In this document: in pieces, positions 22,801-33,756 of the stretch
Position numbering within the stretch: position 1 is the first letter of the stretch
Layout: each line of letters begins with the position of its first letter
Origin: Macrostomum lignano
Taxonomy: Eukaryota
DNA: 64,000 nt
Reading direction: 5' to 3'
NCBI GenBank assembly: GCA_002269645.1
Contig: NIVC01000571.1
Location: 434,001 to 498,000 of the forward strand
Notes under the pieces: generated by a model
The model's input: only the letters and a program-made list of their open reading frames with translations
What the model was told of the DNA's origin: nothing
Databases searched by the model: none
Translations under genes and position numbers: made by a program

Positions 22801-24795
22801 GGTTGACCCTGGTGGACCTGGTGGCAGGCTCACCGACATGCCCTCTGCACACTCACGCGGCGACGCGGTGGTGCAAGGCCCCTGTCCTATGGTGAGCGGG
22901 GCATTGACGGCTGGCTGTGCCATGTTGCAGTCAGACCGTTCCCGTAGGCCCATTGACCAGGTGACCCAGCGGGGCCGGCATCAACAACAACAACAACAAC
23001 AGCAGCAGCAGCAGCAGCAGATCATGCAGCTGGGTGAGTGAATGCTCATTTCAATTTAGCTTTTTTGTCACCTGAAACCGGCCGCCCTAACTTTGGATGT
23101 TCCACTTATTTTTCTGCTTTTGTCGCTTTATCTCTCGGTGAGCCCAGCTGCTTCCCTGATGCAGTTCGCCGCCTCTCCCTTTGTCCCCGCACCGAGCCTG
23201 GCTGCAGCGTCGCCCCTGAATTACCCGCCTCTCATTTCGCCCGGCGCTGCAGCTGCTCCCGCAGCCCAGGATGAGGCAGCCGATGAGAGGGGGCGGCAGG
23301 TGCAGAGGCCGGCCAGGAAGGGAGTTGGGCTGCGGCAGCAGCTGTTTTCAGGGGACAGCGAGGCGGGGCTGCGCGGGCCCCCAGGTGGTGCCTCAGCCTG
23401 GCTGTCTGGGGTGGGGGGGGCGAATCAGCTGCTGCCGCTGCTGCCAAGTGAGCTCAGCTGACCCAGGCAAGCCAGCGTGCTGAGCACAGGCCGGCAGGTG
23501 GTCCTGTAGAAACAGCCCGGGCGGCCCCCCAGCAGCAGTTTCAACAGTAACCCAATCTGTTACTGTCTCCCCCCCCCAGCTAAGTCCACCGGCTCTCTCG
23601 CCGAGTGCGCGAGGCTTCGGGCTGCAGCGGCGGGCGACAGGTGGCTTTCAGCGGTGCCAGGTGGCTGCTGCGCTTTGCCTGTCTGCCAGCCAGATTCCCT
23701 GCAACCCCCCCTGCTGTAGGAACTGAAACTGCGGGGAGGCAGTCTTTTGGGAGAATTGATCCTTCAGATCCCTACCTGCGACCGGTTCTTGCAGACAGCC
23801 TGGTGTCCAGCCTGCGGCGCCAGGCCCAGCAGGAGGCTCGCGCGGCCGTGGCGGCTGCAGAGGCGCGCGCGGAGCAGCTGCTGGCGGCCGAGCGGCTCCG
23901 GTCGCAGCGGATGGCGGCGCGAATCAGGGAGGAAGCCCTGGCGGCCAGCAGGGTGCAGGTCGGCTCCGCCGAGGTGAGCAGCGAGGGAGTGGCGGGCTGT
24001 GACCTGAGAGTGGCGGGCTGTGACCTGAGAGTGGCGGGCTGTGACCTGAGAGTGGCGGGCTGTGACCTGAGAGTGGCGGGCTGTGACCTGAGAGTGGCGG
24101 GCTGTGACCTGGGAGTGGCGGGCTGATTATGAGATTAGCGAGCTGATTGTGGGATTAGCGAGCTGATTGTGGGATTAGCGGGCTGAGTGTGGGATTAGCG
24201 GGCTGAGTGTGGGATTAGCGAGCTGAGTCTGGTTTTCCCGTCCAGTCGCCTTCGTTGTTTCGCCTCGCAGACCTGCTGGAACTGCGGTCGGATCGCTTCG
24301 GAGACGTGCAGCGGCTGCAGCGCGGCCAGGTACTGCGGCAGCTTCTGCCAGCACCGGGACTGGGACCGGCACAGGGCCACATGCGGAATTCTGGCCCAGC
24401 AGGGTGAGTTGCCGCGGTTTTGAGTGTCGATATTATAAGTCGTATCTGTCTGAATCTGTGTCCGTGCACCTGTCTGAATCTGTGTCCGTGCACCTGTCTG
24501 AATGTGTCCGTGCACCTGTCTGAATGTGTCCGTGCACCTGTCTGAATGTGTCCGTGCACCTGTCTGAATGTGTCCGTGCACCTGTGTCTGAATGTGTCCG
24601 TGCACCTGTCTGAATGTGTCCGTGCACCTGTCTGAATGTGTCCGTGCACCTGTGTCTGAATTTGTCCGCAGACTGCTGCAACAGACTCCCCACAAATTTG
24701 CAGAGTCCCCCATAGAGGATGACAGCGAAGGCGACAGAGGCCGTCGCTCCGCCCGCAAGATCAGGGGAAGCGCACCGCTGCAGGACCGCCCCTGA
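19815..24795 (+). CDS. CBFA2T: CBFA2T/MTG8/ETO (nervy) family co-repressor, multi-exon
   Basis: TAFH/NHR1 ([27 protein letters not shown]; [36 protein letters not shown]), NHR2-like ([21 protein letters not shown]), NHR3 ([22 protein letters not shown]), MYND ([37 protein letters not shown]). Approximate exons: ~19815-20009, 20220-20503, ~20584-20696, ~21851-22124, 22421-23033, ~23130-23448 (uncertain), ~23793-23972, ~24271-24403, ~24672-24795. True start not resolved. Confidence 0.92.
20025..20212. repeat. Intronic 14-bp minisatellite (CACTGATCCCCACT)n
   Basis: Runs up to the acceptor of CBFA2T exon 2. Confidence 0.95.
20700..21835 (+). repeat. Intronic G-rich 14-bp minisatellite (GGGTGGGGAGGCAT)n
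   Basis: About 80 copies with variants. Confidence 0.95.
23985..24220. repeat. Two short intronic minisatellites (GAGTGGCGGGCTGTGACCT-type and GATTGTGGGATTAGCGAGCT-type)
   Basis: Adjacent tandem arrays in one intron. Confidence 0.9.
24445..24662. repeat. Intronic ~22-bp minisatellite (GTCCGTGCACCTGTCTGAATGT)n
   Basis: Tandem copies. Confidence 0.92.
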
Positions 24796-25494
24796 CCTGC
24801 AGTGACCTCCTCGCTTTCATATCGCCCGAACAGAGTGACAGCTTTGAGCAACTCGGCAAACTTCTATTTCATTTTCTAGTGCAGCTGTCAGCTGTTGATT
24901 TGCAATGCAGTGGCAGAATCCAAGCCAGTACTGAGAAGTGAGGCCGTGCCAGATGTGCAGCAGCTCCGACAGGAATGAGCAGGCAGGAAGTGGGAACTCC
25001 ACCAGCTGGCGGGCGCCAACTGCGGTGCTTCTCACCGGGACTGGCGCTGAGTAGTCTCGCGAGATTTGCAGTTACCCACTCGGTTCGGGCACTCTAGTAT
25101 TGAGCTTCAACTTCAATCCGAGGCTTGCTGCTACACCTACTTAGAGTAATAAAATACGCAAATGCACATAGCGGTGAGACATGTGAATATAGACTGATCA
25201 CAAACACGGCACTGTCTGAGGCTCATTTATTTCTCTGCTCTGATCCAGCAATTCACAATTTATGCAGATTCAAATATGATTACGGCACCACATGAAGGCT
25301 TGCACAAGCAGAAATAATCAAGAATTCGAGTCAAGACATTTGGAATTCACTTTTCTCTGTCAACAGACTTTGATAACTAATACAACATAATTAGTAGCTC
25401 GGGAAAGGCGCCCAGAGAGCTGAAACTAACAGACAAGGAAAACAAGTTGCTCCACAACCATCGGTAAGAAGAATCTGAATGAGACTGATTGGGC

Positions 25495-28490
25495 AGCACT
25501 GCACAGGCTGCAGGTCAGGGTGGCACACAGGCTGCAGGTCAGGGTGGCACAGGCTGCAGGTCAGGGTGGCACACAGGCTGCAGGTCAGGGTGGCACAGGC
25601 TGCAGGTCAGGGTGGCACAGGCTGCAGGTCAGGGTGGCACACAGGCTGCAGGTCAGGGTGGCACACAGGCTGCAGGTCAGGGTGGCACACAGGCTGCAGG
25701 TCAGGGTGACACACAGGCTGCAGGTCAGGGTGGCACACAGGCTGCAGGTCAGGGTGGCACAGGCTGCAGGTCAGGGTGGCACACAGGCTGCAGGTCAGGG
25801 TGGCACACAGGCTGCAGGTCAGGGTGGCACAGGCTGCAGGTCAGGGTGGCACACAGGCTGCAGGTCAGGGTGGCACACAGGCTGCAGGTCAGGGTGGTCA
25901 GGGTGGCACACAGGCTGCAGGTCAGGGTGGTCAGGGTGGCACACAGGCTGCAGGTCAGGGTGGCACACAGGCTGCAGGTCAGGGTGACACAGGCTGCAGG
26001 TCAGGGTGGCACAGGCTGCAGGTCAGGGTGGCACAGGCTGCAGGTCAGGGTGGCACACAGGCTGCAGGTCAGGGTGGCACACAGGCTGCAGGTCAGGGTG
26101 GCACACAGGCTGCAGGTCAGGGTGGCACACAGGCTGCAGGTCAGGGTGACACACAGGCTGCAGGTCAGGGTGGCACACAGGCTGCAGGTCAGGGTGGCAC
26201 AGGCTGCAGGTCAGGGTGGCACACAGGCTGCAGGTCAGGGTGGCACACAGGCTGCAGGTCAGGGTGGTCAGGGTGGCACACAGGCTGCAGGTCAGGGTGG
26301 TCAGGGTGGCACACAGGCTGCAGGTCAGGGTGGCACACAGGCTGCAGGTCAGGGTGACACAGGCTGCAGGTCAGGGTGGCACAGGCTGCAGGTCAGGGTG
26401 GAACAGGCTGCAGGTCAGGGTGGCACACAGGCTGCAGGTCAGGGTGGCACAGGCTGCAGGTCAGGGTGGCACACAGGCTGCAGGTCAGGGTGACACAGGC
26501 TGCAGGTCAGGGTGACACAGGCTGCAGGTCAGGGTGACACACAGGCTGCAGGTCAGGGTGGCACACAGGCTGCAGGTCAGGGTGGCACACAGGCTGCAGG
26601 TCAGGGTGGCACAGGCTGCAGGTCAGGGTGGCACAGGCTGCAGGTCAGGGTGGCACACAGGCTGCAGGTCAGGGTGACACAGGCTGCAGGTCAGGGTGAC
26701 ACAGGCTGCAGGTCAGGGTGACACACAGGCTGCAGGTCAGGGTGGCACACAGGCTGCAGGTCAGGGTGGCACAGGCTGCAGGTCAGGGTGACACAGGCTG
26801 CAGGTCAGGGTGGCACACAGGCTGCAGGTCAGGGTGGCACACAGGCTGCAGGTCAGGGTGGCACACAGGCTGCAGGTCAGGGTGGCACACAGGCTGCAGG
26901 TCAGGGTGACACACAGGCTGCAGGTCAGGGTGGCACACAGGCTGCAGGTCAGGGTGGCACAGGCTGCAGGTCAGGGTGGCACAGGCTGCAGGTCAGGGTG
27001 GCACACAGGCTGCAGGTCAGGGTGACACAGGCTGCAGGTCAGGGTGACACAGGCTGCAGGTCAGGGTGACACACAGGCTGCAGGTCAGGGTGGCACACAG
27101 GCTGCAGGTCAGGGTGGCACAGGCTGCAGGTCAGGGTGACACAGGCTGCAGGTCAGGGTGGCACAGGCTGCAGGTCAGGGTGGCACACAGGCTGCAGGTC
27201 AGGGTGACACAGGCTGCAGGTCAGGGTGACACAGGCTGCAGGTCAGGGTGACACACAGGCTGCAGGTCAGGGTGGCACACAGGCTGCAGGTCAGGGTGGC
27301 ACAGGCTGCAGGTCAGGGTGACACAGGCTGCAGGTCAGGGTGGCACACAGGCTGCAGGTCAGGGTGGCACACAGGCTGCAGGTCAGGGTGGCACACAGGC
27401 TGCAGGTCAGGGTGGCACACAGGCTGCAGGTCAGGGTGACACACAGGCTGCAGGTCAGGGTGGTCAGGGTGGCACACAGGCTGCAGGTCAGGGTGGCACA
27501 CAGGCTGCAGGTCAGGGTGGTCAGGGTGGCACACAGGCTGCAGGTCAGGGTGGCACACAGGCTGCAGGTCAGGGTGGTCAGGGTGGCACACAGGCTGCAG
27601 GTCAGGGTGGCACACAGGCTGCAGGTCAGGGTGACACAGGCTGCAGGTCAGGGTGGCACAGGCTGCAGGTCAGGGTGGCACAGGCTGCAGGTCAGGGTGG
27701 CACACAGGCTGCAGGTCAGGGTGACACAGGCTGCAGGTCAGGGTGACACAGGCTGCAGGTCAGGGTGACACACAGGCTGCAGGTCAGGGTGGCACACAGG
27801 CTGCAGGTCAGGGTGGCACAGGCTGCAGGTCAGGGTGACACAGGCTGCAGGTCAGGGTGGCACACAGGCTGCAGGTCAGGGTGGCACAGGCTGCAGGTCA
27901 GGGTGGCACACAGGCTGCAGGCCAGGGTGGCACACAGGCTGCAGGTCAGGGTGACACACAGGCTGCAGGTCAGGGTGGCACAGGCTGCAGGTCAGGGTGG
28001 CACAGGCTGCAGGTCAGGGTGGCACACAGGCTGCAGGTCAGGGTGGCACAGGCTGCAGGTCAGGGTGGCACACAGGCTGCAGGTCAGGGTGACACAGGCT
28101 GCAGGTCAGGGTGACACAGGCTGCAGGTCAGGGTGACACACAGGCTGCAGGTCAGGGTGGCACACAGGCTGCAGGTCAGGGTGGCACACAGGCTGCAGGT
28201 CAGGGTGGCACAGGCTGCAGGTCAGGGTGGCACACAGGCTGCAGGTCAGGGTGACACAGGCTGCAGGTCAGGGTGACACAGGCTGCAGGTCAGGGTGACA
28301 CACAGGCTGCAGGTCAGGGTGGCACACAGGCTGCAGGTCAGGGTGGCACACAGGCTGCAGGTCAGGGTGGCACAGGCTGCAGGTCAGGGTGGCACACAGG
28401 CTGCAGGTCAGGGTGACACAGGCTGCAGGTCAGGGTGGCACATAGGCTGCAGGTCAGGGTGGCACACAGCCTGCAGGTCAGGGTGGCACA
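25495..28490. repeat. 3-kb intergenic satellite, 22/24-bp units (GCTGCAGGTCAGGGTG[G/A]CA(CA)CAG)n
   Basis: More than 120 copies with recurring variant patterns. Confidence 0.97.
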
Positions 28491-28736
28491 GTTAATGGCA
28501 TCAGAGTGGAATATTGCGCAATGCCTCACAGAATCGGAGGAATAAAGGACGATGACAGTCCAGCAGAATTCAGTACTGAACACTCAACATAGCGTGGAAG
28601 CGTGAAGCAGCACGCAGAGCCGCATACGCAGCAGCAGCAATAAAAGCAAAAGCACAAGAGAATATTTCGGCAGTCAACTTCCACCCCAAGCGGCAAACTG
28701 CCCCCATTGGCTAATTGTACTTGGATTTTATTTAGG

Positions 28737-31700
28737 CTATTTCTTCCGATGCAGCGACCGGCCTTTCTGGGTGAGCGGCGGCCCGCTGCCGAATACCGAG
28801 GGCTTGGCGGGAGCTGCCGCTGCTGCTGGTTGAGGCGGCGGCGGAGGCTGCTGGGGCGGCGGCTGCTGAGGCGGCTGCGGCACCTCCTGCGCAGATACCG
28901 GAGGTGGAGCAAGCGGCTGGTAGAAATTTCCTGTCGTCAAGGGCGGCTGAGGTGGAGGTGGCGGTGGCTGCTGCTGCTTGTACACCATGGGGGGCTGCGG
29001 TGGCGGCGGCGGGGGCGCAGCTGCCTGGCCGTAGAAGCTGGCAGGCGGTGGAGGCGGCGGCTTCTGCTGATAGAAAGCAGCAGCCGATGCTGGCGGCGGT
29101 GGCGGCGGCGGCTGCTGGTGAAAGCCGGATGGCGGCGGCGGCTGCTGGTGAAAGCCGGATGGCGGCGGCGGCGGCTGCTGGTGAAAGCCGGATGGCGGCG
29201 GCGGCGGAGTCGCCGGGGGCTGCAGCGGCGGCGTCATTGATGACAGGCGCGACTGCGAAGCGGAGGGTGCGAGGGCGGCGGGCCGCACGCCCAGGGGCAG
29301 GTAGGCCTCGCGCAGGATGGCCAGCGCGGTGTCCTCGGAGCTCCAGTAGCCGGCGTGGCTGCCCACGGCGAACAGGTACTCGTTGAAGGTCTCGATTGGC
29401 GACTCCTGCAGGACAAAGTCAACTCGGCGGCCGTTGTTGAGGGCGGCGGCGAGGCTCTCTTGGTCTTCGCCGTCGGGGTCGGCCGGGGCCCGCGGCTGCC
29501 TTGGCTGGCCCTGCTGCATGGAGTCGCTGAGCAGCTCGGCGGCCAGCGAGTCCAGCTGCTGGTCGTCTTCGGGCCTGGCGGCTACCGACCTGCGGCGGTT
29601 GGGGGTGGCGATTGCAGATCAGTGATCCCAGATTGCAGATCAGTGATCCCAGATTGCAGATCAGTGATCCCAGATTGCAGATCAGTGATCCCAGATTGCA
29701 GATCAATGATCCCAGATTGCAGATCAGTGATCCCAGATTGCAGAACAGTGATCCCAGATTGCAGATCAGTGATCCCAGATTGCAGATCAGTGATCCCAGA
29801 TTGCAAATCAGTGATCCCAGATTGCAGATCAATGATCCCAGATTGCAGATCAATGCTCCGAGATTGCAGAACAGTGATCCCAGATTGCAGATCAATGATC
29901 CCAGTTTGCAGATCAATGCTCCGAGATTGCAGATCAATGCTCCGAGATTGCAGAACAGTGATCCCAGATTGCAGATCAGTGATCCCAGATTGCAGATCAG
30001 TGATCCTAGATTGCAGATCAGTGATCCTAGATTGCAGATCAGTGATCCCAGATTGCAGATCAGTGATCCCAGATTGCAGATCAGTGATCCTAGATTGCAG
30101 ATCAATGCTCCGAGATTGCAGAACAGTGATCCCAGATTGCAGATCAGTGATCCCAGATTGCAGATCAGTGATCTCAGATTGCAGATCAATGATCCCAGAT
30201 TGCAGATCAATGATCCCAGATTGCAGATCAATGATCCCAGATTGCAGATCAATGATCCCAGATTGCAGATCAATGATCCCAGATTGCAGATCAATGATCC
30301 CAGATTGCAGATCAGTGATCTCAGATTGCAGATCAATGATCCCAGATTGCAGATCAATGATCCCAGATTGCAGATCAATGATCCCAGATTGCAGATCAAT
30401 GATCCCAGATTGCAGATCAGTGATCCCAGATTGCAGATCAATGATCCCAGATTGCAGATCAATGATGCCAGATCCCCAGCCACCAGCTCGCACCTGTGGG
30501 CCTGTGCGAATCCCTGCAGACTGGCCCAGGTAGATCGCAGGCTGTCCACCAGACGGGCTTTGAGATCGGCGCCCACCCTGGCCAGGCCGTCCCGCAGCTC
30601 CAGGTGCAGCCGCTTGCGGCCCTTGTGATGAGGCAGCAGGCAGGGCCGGGCGGGGCACTGCGGCAGCAGCGGCTCCAGGCGGAAGGCCAGCGGGTCCAGC
30701 GGGTGGAACAGGTTGAACAGGCAGGCACCGCCGGGCAGGCGGAACTCGGCGCCCAAGGTGGTGCGGCCGCGGGCGGCCAGGAAGAAGGCCAGCGGGCAGC
30801 CCAGGGCGAACAGGGCGCGGGGCGCGAAGTCCAGGCGGGCTGAGGCGTCGGCAATGGCGGGTGCGGCGGTGGAAGTGGCGGCGGGCGCAGCGGCGGAACT
30901 GGCGTCGGTGGCGGCCTGGGCGTAGGCGAGGAGTTTCTTCCGAGGCCCCAGAGGCAGACTGAGGTCCTTGGCGTCCTGCGAATTATCAGTAGTGCAAGTG
31001 CAATGAGGGCCCAGTGCAAGGACCAGTGGGGGGGAGGGCAGCGGTTAGGGGCTCGCAGCCGCAATAATTTGGGGTCAGCAACTCCCAAGGCATTAGCCAA
31101 AGCTTCTCGTAACCTACTGATTAACACGCAACTTATAAGAATCGAACCCGGGCCCTTCCGGCGAGCTCACCTGTTCAGTGAAGCCCCGCAAAGTCTCCAG
31201 GTCGATCTGCTCCTGGGCGAACTGGTCCGCCAGGTCGCCAAGTCCCAGCCGCTGCAGCACCGACTCCACGGTCTCCTCAGACTGCGGCTCCGCGTCCTCC
31301 GCTGCCGCCTCCGCTTCCAGGGCCTGCGCAACATCGCCGTTGGCGCTGGCCGACCCGGACGACTCGATCACGTCGAAGGCGAGGACGCCGCCAAGGCCGT
31401 GACCGGCGATGGAGAAGCCGCCAGAGTAGGCGGGGTTCCTGGCCGCGAACAGCGACCGCAGGCGGCACAGCTCTGCCGCCAGCCCGGGCGCCGCCTCGGC
31501 AAGTCGGCGGGCCTCCCCGGCGGCCAGCGCGTCGCCAAGCAGCCGCCGGAGCCGCGGCACCGAGGAGGGCGTCAGGCGGGCCATCAGGCGGGCATCGATA
31601 AGCGGAGGCTGCCGCCACACGGCCGGCAGGAACTCCAGGCGGCCGGGTCGGTGCGGGAAGTGGCTCCGCATGAGGTCCGCGCAGGTCCGCCGGATTCGAT

Positions 31701-32969
31701 CGGCCGCGCCCAGCGGGTGCTGAACGGCGCCGGCGTCGGGGACCAGCAGGATCACGTGATCGATGGGCTGCCACTCACCCTCGGGCAGGGCGCCCACCAA
31801 GTGGCCGGTGCCGCGCACCAGGGTCCAGGAGCCTGGGGACTCACCGGGGCCGGTGGCCGGCGCCACCCGGTACTGCAGCAGGTCGGCGGGGCCCTGGAAT
31901 ACGAAGGCCGTGTCCGCCTGGCCCAGCGACGCAGGCAGGCGGATCTCCCGGCGCCAGGCGCCGGTCTCCACAGCCGAGCGGTACTGCAGCTCCAGCTGCT
32001 CGCTGGTGGCCTCATCAAAGGGAGCGAGCACCCCGAGGAGTCGGCCTCGGCCCGGCGGAACCAGGTGCAGCGGCGGATCGGCAGGTCGGGCTCCTGCCAG
32101 TAGGCCGCCCGCTTCACTCTGGCCGGCAGCCAGGCGTCGTACCGGCCGCCGTCCACCGGCACCGGCGCCTCCGACATGGAGTTGGCGGCCTGCTCAAGGC
32201 GCTGCGAGTCGTGGCCAGTGAAGGGCATCCAGATCTTCTCCTGCCGTTGCTGGCCGGCCTCCGCCTCCGCATCCCAGTCGTCAAGCGGCTGCTCAAAGAA
32301 CCAGTGCGCCTCTGGCGGCCGGTAGCCGCTGAAGAGGCCGGGCGGCGGCCCGCCGGCTGTCGGATCGGCAACTGCCGGCACCGAGGAGGCCACCGCCGAC
32401 GCCGCAGCCGTTGTCTGGTAGCCGCCGGCAGCAGAGTTTGAAGAGTAGGAGACGGGCGGCGGCTGGAACACGGATTGCTGCTGCTGCTGCTGGTAGGATG
32501 CCAGAGATGGCGGCGGAGGCTGCGCGGAAAACGCTGTTGAAGAGGCGGCTGTCGCCGGCGCCGCGGAGCCAGAGAAGGCGGCGTCGGCCGGCGGCACCCA
32601 GCGACGCTGCGGGAGGCCGCCGAAACGGACGCCACCAGTGCCGCTGGGAGGAGGCGCTGCGGGTGGCGGCGCGCCAGCGGCGGGTGGCGGCGCCGCGGCC
32701 GGCTGGCCAAGGAAGGAGTCCTCGTCCAGGGCTTCCAGCTCCTCGAAGCCGCCGCCAACGACGCTGCTGGCCGCTCCGCTGGGCAGCTCGGCGGCGGCCG
32801 CGGGCGGAGGCGGCGGCGGAGGCGGCGGCGCAGGCGGCACCAGCATGGCGGGCAGCTCAAACGCGATGCCCTGATTTGAGGCTGCGAACAGCAGCGATGG
32901 GGCGGCTGCCTGGCCGCTGGGGGTGGCGCTTCGCTCGCGACTCTGCGATGCTCGGTGATGGTCGGACAT
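28737..32969 (-). CDS. SEC23IP: SEC23IP/DDHD2-family protein (WWE-like, lipase-like, SAM, DDHD), catalytic Ser absent
   Basis: HWFF...[32 protein letters not shown] ([23 protein letters not shown]...LPLGPRKKL), [63 protein letters not shown]. Exons 31171-32969 (apparent 1-nt frameshift at C4 run 32031-32034), 30494-30975, 28737-29589. Confidence 0.92.
29605..30470. repeat. Intronic 21-bp minisatellite (CAGATTGCAGATCA[G/A]TGATCC)n
   Basis: About 41 copies filling the intron 29590-30493. Confidence 0.96.
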
Positions 32970-33756
32970 GCCAGCAGCGCGATCTGAGGGCCAGGTGAAG
33001 GCAGTAGTAGTTATGAGCAGTGGCACATTATGGTATCTGAAAGTAATTCATTGATTAACTTTGTTTTTTTTATTTTGCAAGATATCCAACAGTAACTTTT
33101 TAATTGCATTATAGTAGAACTACTATGTGCTCTGCTATAGAATGTGTAAATGTTTAATATTGTTTCTAGTTTCATTGAGCCAAGAGCCAATAAGCATCTA
33201 GATAACAGGTAGATAGGTAACTAGGTAACAGATATGTATATTATATTTTTATAGGAAAAGATATTATATTAGTCAAGTAAACTTGAGAAAATATGCATAC
33301 TAGCAATCTATTGCCTCCTTTTATAAGGTGCCCAAAAAGCAAGAGACAAAAATATTCATGAATCCTATTTGACTTGACATCTTAGCAATTGCTTTATAAG
33401 CCTTGAATCTTAGCAAAAATAGTAAGCACCCCTAGATAGCAAATAGTCTATACAAAAATTTCCTTAGATCTATAGTTCTTTGTCACAATTTCTGATCAAA
33501 TGGTACAACTTTGAAGAAAATGGTTGAACTATTTTTTTCTGAAATCAATCATAAACTGATATATAGACAAACTATTTAGTGTATAATTTAATATATAAGA
33601 AGACACACAGATGATTTTTATATGTAGAGATAATAATAGTAATAATTGATTACACTTGCCCAAATGGGCAGATGTGCAACTGATAGCTTAGCTGTAGATA
33701 TTGTGTGGCATATCTGAAGGCTGCATATGGCTGTTCTAAGGATTAGGGTGTTAATA

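Noticed and set aside
25479-28495. Silk- or elastin-like (QAAGQGGT)n ORFs
   Set aside because: Products of a 22/24-bp satellite whose unit-length changes break frames arbitrarily; no splice or start context.
29419-30658. LRR-like (LICNLGS)n and (QISDPRL)n ORFs
   Set aside because: The array lies within a GT-AG intron (29590-30493) whose removal joins SEC23IP exons properly.
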